From NCBI GenBank assembly GCA_043228905.1, contig JBHGNT010000018.1:4216001-4280000 (forward strand): a stretch of 64,000 nt of DNA, in the 5' to 3' direction. Under the pieces are notes generated by a model. The model did not search any database, had not been told where the DNA came from, and saw nothing but the letters and a program-made list of their open reading frames with translations. Origin of the DNA: Azolla caroliniana. Its lineage: Eukaryota > Plantae > Polypodiophyta. This document shows, in pieces, positions 12,528 to 25,607 of the stretch (the first letter of the stretch is position 1; every line of letters starts with the position of its first letter). Position numbers and translations under genes: made by a program.

Positions 12528-14336
12528 TTATGCTGAGATGGGCTCTGGTGATGCAAGCGGTGGAAGGGCTTTCAGGGGGTTTGAAATGACTGCATCAATT
12601 AAGCCGTACTCTTTAGCTTCCTTGGCACTCATGAAGAAATCTCTATCTGTATCTTGCACAATCTTCTCTAATGGCTGCCCCGTGTGGTACGACAAGTACC
12701 CATTTAAGTTCGCCTTGTGGTGTAGAATCTCATTGGCCTATATACACCATTGACACCCAAGGTAAGAAAGAACAATAACATAAACCATAAACCATAAGTG
12801 TGAACATTGACTATTAAAATTTCAGTATATTCTGGACAATAAGGAAAGGATTGGCCTATACACACCATTGACAACCAAGGTAAGAAAGAACAACATAAAG
12901 CATAAACCATAAATGTGAACATTGACTATTAAAATTTCAGTATATTCTGGACCCTAAGGACAGGAACATAGACATTCATATTTCATAGAAAGTTTGAACC
13001 CTACCACCTAACAGCATAAGTAGGCATTTCGGTGGTTAGCCTTGCAGTGGAGAAACTCATTAGGCCTATGAGCACCACAAACACTAACCCCTCAGAACAC
13101 GATCAAATTTCACAGCATTTTAAAACACTAAATTGCAAGGTCAATAACATCGACCATTGAAAGGTAAGTGTATTTCAAAATTGAACCCAAACACTAAATC
13201 CTACAGACAGGATCATTAACCATTCAAATTCCAGAGTAAGATGGACCCTGAGAATTTAAAAACATGACCACACTATATTTCAACCCTAAAACCCAATATC
13301 ACGACCATCGAACATTCAAATTTCAGGGTCTTTTTAACACTAATCATAAGAGCAAAAGCATTGGCCATTAGAATTTCAAGGTATGTATTTGAAACACTCA
13401 AACAGAAGACCATGACCATTGGCCATAGCATTGTGAGGCCAAAACCATGAGAGAATGGATATTTACTATTCAAATTTCAGGGCATTTTAAACGCTGAAAC
13501 CTAAGGACATGAATATTGAACATATCAGTTTAAAACCTATACCCTAAGAGCACAAACATTGGCCATTTGAATTTCAAGGTATTTTAAACATTAATTCCTA
13601 AGAGCATAAACATTGGCATTTAAATTTCTGATTACTTTACATCGAAGAACACCATTCAATTTTTGTGAAAGTATAATACACACACACACATACATAGATT
13701 GACATATTTGCATTTGTTGGGGTTACCAAATGAATGCATACGAATGCATGAAAAGCATTCATTAAAAAATAAAAATAAAAAGGAGTTCATGAACTCCCTT
13801 CTTTTTAGTTTCTTAGATATAAAAAAGGGAACTTCACAATAAAAAGGAGACAATAAAAAAAGGACTTGACACTAATAAATTTTTATAATAAATGTAAATG
13901 TATTCGTTTTATTTTTGATAAATAAATAAAATAAAATAAAGGTTCATTAATTCCTCACTTTTTATTCTCCCAAAATTTATGGATATTTTTATTTGACATT
14001 AAAAATGGAACTTCACACTAATAATATTTCTATAATAAATATAAAAATATTCATTTTTTTAAATAAATAAATAAAATAAAATAAAGGTTCATAAACTCCC
14101 CCCTTTTTTATTTGACAATATATAGGAGACTTAATACTAATCATATTTCTATAATCTATTAATGAATGATTGTTCTTTTTTTAGTGAATTAAATATATTT
14201 TTTTAAATGAATTAATTAATTTTTTTTATATTTATTTTGCAAAACGAATGGTTTTATAATATTCTTGGGGCCATTTCATATTCTCGAATATTGAGAATAT
14301 CGCACATGGAGAATATCACACATGTGTCAATCTATG

Positions 14337-14387
<51 letters not shown>

Positions 14388-17290
14388 AGAGGTGAACTAA
14401 CCTGAATCTCAATGTCACTTTGTTGTCCTTGTGCCCCACCAAGGGGTTGATGAATCATGATACGCGAATTTGGAAGGCTGTATCTCTTGCCTGTTAATTT
14501 GAGAAGAATGCATCACAATATGTAGTATAGGAATGAATAAATTTTAATGTAATCTTCAATTTTGGAGGATACAGCTCAAGAATGAGAGTAACATAAAATT
14601 ATCTAACTTTTAAAGAAGCAAGCTATCTTTTGCATACCTTTGGTTCCTCCACTCAATAGAAATGCTCCCATACTGAAAATTGCTCCCAAAAACAGTGTCA
14701 GTAGTCAGCACCACAAACTCTAATTTTAAGAACATATTGGAAAATATACATGTTTGATTACCTTGCTGCAAGTCCAACACAGACTGTGCTGACATCTGGC
14801 CTGATATGCCGCATGGTATCAAAAATTGCCATTCCTTCATATATTTAATGGATTTAAACAACTATAACGACTCAAATCAACCCAGTAATCCTTAATTGAA
14901 AAGAAGCAAGACAGAATTATTGGAAACATACCTGCAGTAACTGAACCACCAGGTGAGTTCACATACATAACAATGTCCTGTAAGCAAAGCATACAAAATT
15001 GGAGTGAAGACACAATTTCTGAACATTGAAACCAGAAGCTGATTATTTTGAATAATGATCATTTTCTCTAAAACTTGTCAAGAAATTATTATTTATGATT
15101 CCATGCCCAAACACTTGATTGTTCATGAGGATAGTATGCATTCGTAAAGCTATGAATTGAAATTACAAACAGTTAAGATAAGCCCTAATGATGATATCAA
15201 CTTTGAATTGCTATCATATTTTCAAATAATTGTGAGCTATGAATAGCATATAGCATTTAACTGAGTAAGTGGGTGCAGTTTTTACTTTTTCTGATACGTA
15301 AAGCTCTAACCCTAAATTCCACACAAACATTACAATCCCCAATCTAACCAATTTGTGTTAAAAAGTTTAAACTTTGTGCAAGCCATATTTATTGATTATA
15401 CATGTCATATTTATCGACCATACCTAATTTTGTTTACATAAACAGTAGCATACTCACATACCCTGTTTGGATCTACAGCATCCAGATAGAGTAGTTGTGC
15501 CACAATCAAGTTAGCCATATCATCATCTACAGCTCCACCGCATCGTATAATCCTCTGAACCAAACCAACATCCAATTACTACATGTCAACATACTTCTTA
15601 TTTCTTTGAAGTAACTAAAGAAAATAGGTCTAAGTTGTGGCTTATAACATGCTGGAACAGTTGACTTATGACGCTTTGAAAACGCTCTTGCAACATTGGA
15701 GGTGGGCCTTGTCCACCCTGAGCATATGGACCAGCTAGAGAGGATGATGGCATCTCCACATCATTTCTGCATCCAAGTTGTTGAGAAAGATTTAAAGCTT
15801 TTAAATTTAAGTGGAGAAATGAATGGAAATGAAATGTTATATTAACATCTCCAAAAAACCAAGGTGGCCTATGAGATCAAAAGAATGTAGAAGGGAGCAC
15901 TTGCACTAGAATATAAAATGTGAACTAGGTTTCGTGCATCTCGTCCCTTTCAAGCCTACCTGATTGACCACACCCCATTCACAACATTAGACGTGGGACT
16001 CCAAAATCCTTCTGATCGTAATGAAGCACATAATGGCATGCTTGACTTCAATGCTTTCTTTGACCTAAAAATCAAGGCCAAAATCAACCAAAGGTAGCAT
16101 ATCTTCAGCAAATATCCCAAACATTTCAGTAACAAAAAAGAAGATGAATTGATGCATGTGCTATAAATTGCCTATATTCATAAGTCGAGCCTTTTAGATG
16201 CAAAACCTAAGGACACAATCAAAGAATATCGTTATAGTTCAAAACATACCATTTTGTGCTTCGATGACTATAGTTTGGAAAATAATATGTTCCAATATCA
16301 ACAAGATATTTCATGTTAATAATATAAATCAAAGTAAAGAAAACAAAGACAATGTGAGACAACTAGGACCCTTAGATAAGCAGGATATGACCACAGAAGG
16401 CCTCTAATTCTCTAAGTGATTAACATCATAGAAATGATTAATTTTGGGCCAACTCTTCTAAGAATCTACAGTTCAACTCGTAAGACAGCATATTTTAAAA
16501 CTAGCGGACAGCTATTAGAACCATTATGTATAGCTGAATACTATGCAAATGAAATTCATCTTAATTTCTGATTCACATTATAGACAACTATTTCCTCCAC
16601 TGCAAAACATAGTAATGCATTAGTAATGTCAGAATGGTATAGCATAATTGTTTTTGGATTAGAATGATAGTTCAAATGATAAATTAGTCCACAAATTCCA
16701 CATTAATAGCATGACTGCTAAGAAATTTGAACACAAAAGCAAAGCTCAATAATCAAAGTAACTTGTGCAAACACGTTACCATCAGCTGTCGTGATCTTGG
16801 CCAGGTCTGATAAGCCATTATGGTGTTTTAGAGATGTTAAACCATATCTTTCTTGCTTTTGGTGAAGTGAAATACGGTTTCCATAGGTTCTACTTGACAT
16901 CCTAGGACGAAGATAACAAAATCTAAACCCTAAAACCCTTGTGGTACAGTTCATAGCAAAATTTCTCTTAATATCTTCATCTCTCAAAGACGAGACAACA
17001 CTCAAGATGTAATCTCTTATTTGGTCTTATAGGCCATTTTGGCCTCTTAAAAGACGTTAATATATCTTTCTTTCAGAAAACATAAAAAAAACAGAAGATG
17101 ATGATGATGATGATGATGAAAAACCATCGATCGATCGACAAAGAAGGCAGAGAGCAATTGACCTGGTAGTGGTGGTGATGGTGGTGAGGGGAGGAGAGAA
17201 AGGAAGCTTCTTCCACAAGCTCTGTTCCGCGGTGGTAGAAGGGGAGGGGAAGGTGTGGCAGAAGCTGACTGCTGCGGTGTTGGCGGCCAT
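12528..17290 (-). CDS. CLPP5: ATP-dependent Clp protease proteolytic subunit 5, plastid-targeted
   Basis: Exons 17290-17163, 16064-15960, 15766-15649, 15554-15462, 14977-14932, 14834-14762, 14672-14638, 14490-14402, 12737-12528. Transit peptide followed by [68 protein letters not shown] (Ser), [10 protein letters not shown] (His), DTDRDFFMS (Asp), [15 protein letters not shown]. Confidence 0.95.
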
Positions 17291-17879
17291 CGCTCAGGAT
17301 CACGCGCAGGAAGGAGCACGCAGAGACAGAGAGACAGAGAGACAGAGAGACAGAGAGTGGAGAGTGGAGAGTGGAGAAGAAGGAATGGATGGATGAAGGA
17401 AATGTGTGAAGAGATATTTGGGTTGGGCCCAAAGCCAGAAGAGAAAAACCTCAAATGGCCGCTTTCACACTACACGGACAGAACAATGTCAGGAGGAGAA
17501 ACAAAGGACAAAAGGACAAAGAACTGAAGGAGTTCTCGTTATCGTGATCGTGAGAAGAAGAAGAAGAAGAAGAAGAAGAAGAAGAAAACAAACTCTGATG
17601 GAGAGAGAAACCTCTGATAGCCTCTCCTGTATAATGGACAGACAGACCAGACCAGACCCCCTATCTCCGATGCGTGACTACACCCTCAGAATCGTGACCT
17701 TGTTCAGTGAAAATCAAGCATCCCTTCAGTCGGACAAAGCTATGGATGTTTACTAAGCCACGTCCACCCAACGTTGTCGAACAAGTGTTTCTCGAGATCC
17801 CAGTATTCGGATTTTGCTCCCGTCACATATGCTCTCAGATGCATAACAGGCCCTCTTCCCCGCTTTCAAGGAGCAAGGA

Positions 17880-17995
17880 ACACTTTTTTTCATTCCATGT
17901 AAGATTGAAGGTCCCAAACCCTAGGTATTTAATGCATTCTATGATTTCAAGTGGCTCATTATTGTATATAATGCATAATTTATCTTTATTTTGCC
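17880..17995 (-). mobile_element. Small relic of the same LINE family (RT region)
   Basis: Reverse complement GATAAATTATGCATTATATACAATAATGAGCCACTTGAA matches the LINE at ~20895-20933. Confidence 0.5.
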
Positions 17996-18464
17996 CCCCC
18001 TAATGCAAGTATATGATCAACAATATGTCGAGTTGGTCTTCGTATGCCTCCTACGCACGCTCGTGATTTGTTACCCTGTGAAAATTCGTATGTCACAAAG
18101 TTTGGTGTTAAATTATAGTGGGTGTTGGATGGAGGGCGAGGTGTGGGGTGTAATGGGCACATACGTAGATGTTAAGAATCAAGCTCAACCTAGCCTAGTG
18201 TGTGAACACACCCTTGAGAGTGTATGAACACTCAAAGGTCAAAAGTCACACCACTACTCTTTACATATTAACTATGTGTCATAGAATCATATTCTATGCC
18301 ACATAACTAATGAGTTTCCACATTCCCCATAACTCCTGAGCTTCAGTAATTAATGAAGAGAGAGAGTGACCATATAAAGCACTCTCCTCCTACTTTGTAA
18401 TATGTCGGTTAATCTCCTTTGTAATATACAATCTTCTTGAGTATTTTCTATTATCGATATTGTG

Positions 18465-18496
<32 letters not shown>

Positions 18497-21400
18497 AACC
18501 CACGCCTTTTACGACTATGCTTTTGGAATTGCAATGGATACCCATGGAATGCGGGATTTGGCATAGAGGAGTTCACCGATGACTCGGATATCACACTTCT
18601 TGTTGAAACATGGGAGCATGATACTCAAAGGATTCAAGGTTTAGGAAACTATAATGTACACTCTTTGATATGGAAGAAAAATCCAAGACAAAGAAGAGGA
18701 CAAGGAGGGGTCGCATGTTTGATTAAGAAGGAAATAGAGAAATATGTGTAAATCATAAAAAATGATGAAAATAAATGCTACATATGGCTCAAAATAGAAA
18801 CACCTAATGATTTGCCCACTTTTGTAGTTGGATGTTACATTCCTCATCAAGATTCTAACTTTTATGCTTGTTTGGATAAAGATCAACCGTTTGTTACATT
18901 CCTCATCAAGATTCTAACTTTTATGCTTGTTTGGATAAAGATCAACCGTTTGTTACATTCCTCATCAAGATTCTAACTTTTATGCTTGTTTGGATAAAGA
19001 TCAACCGTTTGCCAATCTAGAAGATGATATTGCTTATTTCAAATCCAAAGGGGAAGTTATTGTCTTTGGTGACATGAATGCTCGTACAAGAAGTTTCCAA
19101 CTTGATTCACAAGAATCTTTCATGCCACATATCTCAAGGATGCAAGAGGATATGCAAATATATAACCGCTCTTCTAGCGATGAAAAAGATCCAGACCAAT
19201 TTGGGAAGTTACTCCTACAAATGTGCAATAGTACCGGATTGCTTATTGCAAATGGTATTTCCTTATGGCCCAACACTAATGGTTTTACATGTAGAAAACA
19301 CAACGGAAATAGTGTGATTGACTATGTGCTACTTTCCGAAGGTATTTTGGATCGTATACATAAATTCTCACTTGGTGAATGGACACCGGAATCTGATCAT
19401 AGGCCTTTATGTATTGATCTCAAATGTATGCATAGGTTTGATTGTGAGAAGGCTATTGAAGATAATAAACAACCGCACTTGAGCATGAACCTTAAGCGAG
19501 CACCCATGTACTCCAAGATGGTTGAGGATATGTTACAAATGACAAAGATACAACATGGTGCCACACTAGAATGCAAATGGGAAGCTTTCAAGAAAGTCAT
19601 TCTCTCATGTACAAACAAATGTTTTTCGACCAACCGCACATCTTGGAAATGCACCAAGAAACTTAGGAAAAAATGGTTTGATAAAGAATGTCGTGAAGCT
19701 CGAAAGTGCCTTATGGTTTTGGACGTAGATAAGGATAAAGAGAATTACCAAAAGCATTTGCATGAGTATAAAAGGCTTATTCAAAGAAAGAGAAGAATAT
19801 GGGAAGTTACTCAACAATTTATCCAAACGCAAGAGAACGCACATGCATGTGCTAAATTTTGGGGAAATCTAAAGGGAAAACGTGTTGAGAGTTATGGTGA
19901 CTTAACTCTTCATGACTTGTCTATGCATTGTAAGAATTTATATGAGTTATCTCTTGCCGGAAAGATGATGGGTTATGGTTCTCTTTCACATATGCCTCCC
20001 TTCTTTACAATTGAAGATATATGCATAGGACTTAAGAAATTGGCCTCTCGAAAGGCAAGCGATCTTCAATGTATAAAGGTTGAAATGCTCAAATGGACGG
20101 GAAAGGAAGCACATATATGGATAAACGATATGTTTAATGATGCATTGCAACATGGTATGCCGTACGATTGGACTACAAATTGGATCAAACCTTTACATAA
20201 AGGTGGAGATATAAATAATGTAAACAACTATCGAACCATCATGGTTGGCTCATTAATGGCAAAACTATTTGGATGTATAATGGAATCAAAGATAAGTGTA
20301 TGGGCTGAAAAAAGTGGTAAGAGAGCTTATGGACAAGCTGGCTTTCGGAAACACCATAGCACCATTGATCACCTTATCACCCTTCGAGTATTAATGGAGG
20401 AAAGTCGCCTTAGAGGTAAAGGTTTATATTGTTGCTTTGTAGACTTCAAGAAAGCTTTTGATATGGTACCTCGTGAGCATCTTTGGAGGCGAATGGAAGA
20501 ACTTGAGGTGCCAAGTGAATATATGCTTGCAATTTCTCGAATTTATGAGAAGGTTATATGTTGTGTGCGCATGAGAGATAAACTTTTAGATTTTTTCAAA
20601 AGCACTATTGGTGTTAAGCAAGGATGCCCACTCTCACCAACACTATTTGGTCTATGCATTGATGAATTGGAAGAAATGGTTACCAAATTTGCAAAGGAAG
20701 AATGTGTTGAAGAAGTTGCCATTGGGAATGTTGTGATTATGCTTTTGCTATATGCAGATGATGTAGTGCTTTTTGCAAATACTTTAGGAGATGCACAAAA
20801 GCTTATGAAGGCATTGGAAAAAATTTGCATGCATACTAAATTAAGTGTCAATAGCTCTAAAACAAAGATTATGCTTGTGAAGAGCCAAAAAAGAGATAAA
20901 CCATGCATTATGTACAACAATGAGCCACTTGAATGTGTGGAAAGCTTCAAATATCTTGGCCTTGAAGTTCCTTCAAATCATAGATGGAATGAATGTGCTA
21001 CACGCCGCTTAGAGGCGGGCAAGCGAGCATACTATGCATTTGAGAACACGTGCAATCTTGGAGATATTAAGTGTTGGGTCCTCAAGAAATATCTTTTCGA
21101 CACTTTGGTGACACCAGTTCTTCTCTATGGGGTGGAAGTATGGGGCGGTAGCATCCCTAAATCTATGTGGAAAGAGTTTGAGAATGTCCAAAAGCATTTT
21201 CTTACCAAGTTTCTACAAGTTAAGAAACAAATGCCCTACACCCTCCTCCTTGAGACGGGATCGCTTCCCATTGAGATCATGGCCATGGAAAGGGTTGTTG
21301 AATACATGCTTAAGGTTCAAAAAAGTCCCTCACATCGACTTCCTAGAATTGCGTGGGAAGCAAGCAAAAAGATCCAAAAGACACAAAAAAGCAAAATTTT

Positions 21401-22043
21401 GTGTTCCGGTTGGATGCAAGATATAGAAAAATGGTTTGGTAGATGGGATGCAAGACACTTGCTTCATGATGCATCATTAGATTCCTCTGTAAATGAGGCA
21501 TTTTTGCAACGCCAATGTATCATGACATGGGACAAATGTGGAGGCTCATGCTTCACACATTATACTACACATGTTGCACCTAACTACAAAACCATATTCT
21601 TTGCAGAACGGGGAAATCGTACACATCCATACATGTTAGAGCCCATACCGTTATCTTCCATTCGAACCATTGCTTCCATGCGACTTAGCTCACATGCATT
21701 GCGATGTGAAACAGGGCGTTGGGGTACAAGTGATGAGAGTGGTCAGCTATGCACACTTTGCCCTAAACAAATTCGCGAGTCTGAGTATCACACTTTGATA
21801 CAATGCTCTGCCTTTGATCATATTCGACCATGCTTTCCACATCTCTTCGATCGAGCCCAATCTTTGCATGAATTCCTCTCACAACCACAATGTGCACTCT
21901 CGATTGCAACATTCATTGGTAAAGTTCTTGAACATCGAGAGTCACAACTCACTTTCACACGTATCACGTGAAATGTAATATTTTTGGTCTCATAGGTCAT
22001 ATTTGACCTCCGAAGACAATAATATAATCTATCTATCTATCTA

Positions 22044-22050
<7 letters not shown>
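18497..22050 (+). mobile_element. Near-complete ORF2 of a non-LTR retrotransposon (APE + RT + C-terminal Cys/His finger; RTEX-like)
   Basis: APE motifs WNCNG, ETW, GDMNAR, IDY, SDHRP; RT motifs QAGFR, FVDFKKAFD, GVKQGCPLSPTLF, YADD, FKYLG; C-terminal RLSSHALRCETGRW..CTLC..EYHTLIQC; 993-aa ORF 18990-21971; (ATCT)n(CT)n tail. Confidence 0.92.
18990..21971 (+). CDS. LINE ORF2 open portion (endonuclease C-half, reverse transcriptase, zinc finger)
   Basis: Uninterrupted 993-codon ORF with YADD. The N-terminal part (18497-18832) is separated by a TAA at 18749 and a 59-bp triplication. Confidence 0.85.
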   Translation: MDKDQPFANLEDDIAYFKSKGEVIVFGDMNARTRSFQLDSQESFMPHISRMQEDMQIYNRSSSDEKDPDQFGKLLLQMCNSTGLLIANGISLWPNTNGFTCRKHNGNSVIDYVLLSEGILDRIHKFSLGEWTPESDHRPLCIDLKCMHRFDCEKAIEDNKQPHLSMNLKRAPMYSKMVEDMLQMTKIQHGATLECKWEAFKKVILSCTNKCFSTNRTSWKCTKKLRKKWFDKECREARKCLMVLDVDKDKENYQKHLHEYKRLIQRKRRIWEVTQQFIQTQENAHACAKFWGNLKGKRVESYGDLTLHDLSMHCKNLYELSLAGKMMGYGSLSHMPPFFTIEDICIGLKKLASRKASDLQCIKVEMLKWTGKEAHIWINDMFNDALQHGMPYDWTTNWIKPLHKGGDINNVNNYRTIMVGSLMAKLFGCIMESKISVWAEKSGKRAYGQAGFRKHHSTIDHLITLRVLMEESRLRGKGLYCCFVDFKKAFDMVPREHLWRRMEELEVPSEYMLAISRIYEKVICCVRMRDKLLDFFKSTIGVKQGCPLSPTLFGLCIDELEEMVTKFAKEECVEEVAIGNVVIMLLLYADDVVLFANTLGDAQKLMKALEKICMHTKLSVNSSKTKIMLVKSQKRDKPCIMYNNEPLECVESFKYLGLEVPSNHRWNECATRRLEAGKRAYYAFENTCNLGDIKCWVLKKYLFDTLVTPVLLYGVEVWGGSIPKSMWKEFENVQKHFLTKFLQVKKQMPYTLLLETGSLPIEIMAMERVVEYMLKVQKSPSHRLPRIAWEASKKIQKTQKSKILCSGWMQDIEKWFGRWDARHLLHDASLDSSVNEAFLQRQCIMTWDKCGGSCFTHYTTHVAPNYKTIFFAERGNRTHPYMLEPIPLSSIRTIASMRLSSHALRCETGRWGTSDESGQLCTLCPKQIRESEYHTLIQCSAFDHIRPCFPHLFDRAQSLHEFLSQPQCALSIATFIGKVLEHRESQLTFTRIT

Positions 22051-22118
<68 letters not shown>

Positions 22119-25100
22119 TAACACATATCTCTAACCTATTTCGCTGCACAAGAATCACCATCGATTCTTTACTTGGTATCATAACAATTTGGTAGCTTGA
22201 TCTAGCCCAGTCGCCTCAATGTAACCGTGTGTTGTGTCTACGCCGACGATGCCGAGTGATGTATTGTTTGGCAACATGTGTTCACGACCACATGCTCGGC
22301 TACATTCGAGAAGCCGAGACGCCAAAGGAAGCGTGGGAGAATCTACAAAAAAAATTCGCCGCCAACACAACCGCGAGAAAGCTTCAACTCCACCAAGAGT
22401 TGAACAACATCCAACAAAGGGATATGTCCATCACGAGCTACACCTTGAAGATCAAGGAGCTTTGCGACTCACTCGGCTCGATAAGCGTCAATGTGGACAA
22501 TGATGAGATGGTGCAAATATGCCTCGGTAGCCGTGCATCACGGTTCGGCGCGATGAGGACCGTCGTATTAGCACGGGAGAATCCACCCTCCTTCTTCGAT
22601 CTTCAATCCATGTTGTTGGTCGAAGAAAACCATGTTCGAACAAGGAGCAACGCCTCGGAAGGCCACATGCTCTACACACATTCAAACGGAGAAAGAGGAC
22701 GCGACCGAGCAAGAGGCCGATTCGGCCAAGGACGAGGCGGATGAGGTCCGACTTACGACAACAAATCCCAACTTCGGCAACAAGACGGAAACCATCGAGG
22801 AACCTTCAGAAGAAGGGGGAGCTTCCATTCCAGTCCGAGCCGACAAAACTCGATCGAATGTGGATATTGCGGCAAAATCGATCACCACGAAGAAGAGTGC
22901 CAAAAGAAGATGCGTGAGTCGGCGTCCACTAGCCGACAACTCACCAATTACACCACCAACTCCGACTATGAAGATCATGGCGGAATGTTCGTAATGTCTC
23001 ATAGAGCAAATTCTATGTCGGCCTCTACTTCAACTAATGCCTCCAATATGGAAGATGTATGGTTCGTCAACTCCAGTGCTTCGAACCATATGACGCCATC
23101 AAGAATGGTTTAAAGACCTTCGACATATGACGTCTCCGGGCTTTACGCATTGACCTCAAATGTATGCATATGTTTGATTATGAGAAGGCCATTGAAGATA
23201 ATAAACAACCCCACTTGAGTATGAACCTTAAGCGAGCGCCAATGTACTCCAAGACGGTTGAGGATATGTTACAGTTGACAAAGATACAACATGGTGCCAC
23301 ACTAGAATGCAAATGGGAAGCTTTTAAGAAAGTCATTATTTCATGTGCAAATGAATGTTTTTCGACTAAACACACAACTTGGAAATGCATCAAGAAATGT
23401 CGTTCAAAGAAAAAGTGGTTTGATAAAGAATGTCACGAAGCTCGAAAGCGACTTATGATTTTGGATGTAGTTAAGGATAAAGAAAATTACCAAAAGCATT
23501 TGCATGAGTACAAAAGGCTTATTCAAAGAACGAGAAGAATATGAGAAGTTACTCAACAATTTCTCCAAACGCAAGAGAAAGCGCATGCATGTGCTAAATT
23601 TTGGGGAAATCTAAAGGGGAAATGTGTTGAGAGTTATGGTGACTTAACTCTTCTTGTTTTGTATATGCATTGTAAGAATCTATATAAGCTATCTCTTGCC
23701 GGAAAGATGATGTGTTATGGTTCTCTTTCACATATGTCTCCCTTCTTTATAATCGAAGATATATGCATAGGACTTAAGAAATTGGCTTCTCAAAAGGCAA
23801 GAGATCTTCAATGTATAAAGGTTGAAATGCACAAATGGACGGGAAAGGAAGCACATGCATGGATAAGAGATATCATGTTTAATCATGCATTGCAATATAG
23901 TATGTCATATGATTAGACTGCAAATTGGATCAAACCTTTACATAAAGGTGGAGATGTAAATAACGTAAACAATTATCGAATCATTATGGTTGGCTAGTTA
24001 ATGGCAAAACTATTTGGATGTATAATGGAATCAAAGATATTAAGTGCATGGGTTGGAAAAAATTGTGATATGTCATATGATTAGACTACAAATTGGATCA
24101 AACCTTTACATAAAGGTGGAGATGTAAATAACGTAAACAATTATCGAACCATTATGGTTGGCTAGTTAATGGCAAAACTATTCGGATGTATAATGGAATC
24201 AAAGATATTAAGTGCATGGGCTGGAAAAAATTGTGAGCTTATGGATAAAGTGGATTTTGAAAACACCATAACACCATTGATCACCTTGTCACCCTTCGAG
24301 TATTAACGAAGGAAAGTCACCTTGGAGATAAAGGTTTATATTGTTGCTTCGTAGACTTTAAGAAAGCTTTTGATATTGTATCTCGTGACCATCTTTAGAG
24401 GTGAATTGAAGAACTCATGGTGCCAAGTGAATATATGTTTCCAATCTCCCGAATATATGAGAAAGTTATGTGAGTGATAAACTTTCAGATTTTTTCGATA
24501 GCACTATTTGTGTGAACCAAGGATGCCCACTTTCACCAACTCTATTTGGTCTATGCATTGATGAATTGGAAGAAATGGTTGCCAAGTTTGTAAAGGAAGA
24601 AGGTGTTGAAGAAGTTACAATTGTGAATGTTGTCATTATGCTTTTGCTATATGCGAATGGATGATGTAGTGTTTTTTGCAAATACTTTAGCAGATGCGCA
24701 AAAGCTTATGAAGACATTGGAAAAAAATTGCATGCATATGAAATTAAGTGGTAATAGCTCTAAAACAAAGATTATTCTTGTAAAGAGCCAAAAAAGAGAT
24801 AAGTCATGCATTATGTACAATAATGAGCCACTTGAATGTGTGGAAGTTGGAATGCTTCAAATATCTCGGCTTTGAAGTTCCTTCAAATCATAGATGGAAT
24901 GAATGTGTTACACATTCTTAGAGGCGAGAAACGAGCATATTATGCATTTGAGAACATATGCAATCGTGGAGATATTAAGTGTTGGGTCCTCAAGAAATAC
25001 CTTTTTGACACTTTGGTGACACCGGTGCTTCTCTATGGGGTGGAAGTATGGGGTGGTCGCATCCCTAAATCTGCTTGGAAAGAGTTTGAAAATGTCCAAA

Positions 25101-25607
25101 AACATTTTCTTTCAAAGTTTCTACAAGTTAAGAAACAAACGCCATACATCCCCCTCCTCCTTGAGACGGGATCACTTCCATTGAGATCTTGGCCATGGAA
25201 AGGGTTGTTGAATGCATGCTTAAGGTTCAAAAAAGTCCCTCACATGGACTTTCTAGAATCGCATGGGAAGCAAGCAAAAAGATCCAAAAGACATATAAAA
25301 GCAAAATTTTGTGTTCCAGTTGGATGCAAGATATGAAAAAGTGGTTCAGTAGATGGGATGCAACACATTTGCTTCATGATGCATCATTAGATTCCTCGGT
25401 AAATGAGGCCTTTTTGCAATGCCAGTGTATCATGACATGGGAAAAATGTGGAGGCTCACACTTCATACATTATAATACACATGTTGCACCTAACTACAAA
25501 ACCATATTCTTCGTGGAACGGGGGAACCATACACATCGATACATGTTAGAGCCCATTCCGTTGGTTTCTATTCAAACCATTGCTTCCATGCGACTTAGCC
25601 CACATGC

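Larger units (their letters stand above)
18170..23140 (+). mobile_element. Ty1/copia 5' LTR (18170-~22173, split by a LINE) plus decayed gag-protease
   Basis: LTR homologous to 790-1186; PBS TGGTATCA (tRNA-iMet) at ~22174; UBN2-type gag (ORF 22229-22744), CCHC knuckle ECGYCGKIDHHEEEC (~22856-22900), protease motif WFVNSSASNHMT (~23060). Confidence 0.88.

Noticed and set aside
17047-17756. Overlapping ORFs around the ClpP5 first exon and promoter
   Set aside because: Alternative-frame products of GA/GAA/GAT repeats; only the 17290 frame splices into ClpP5.
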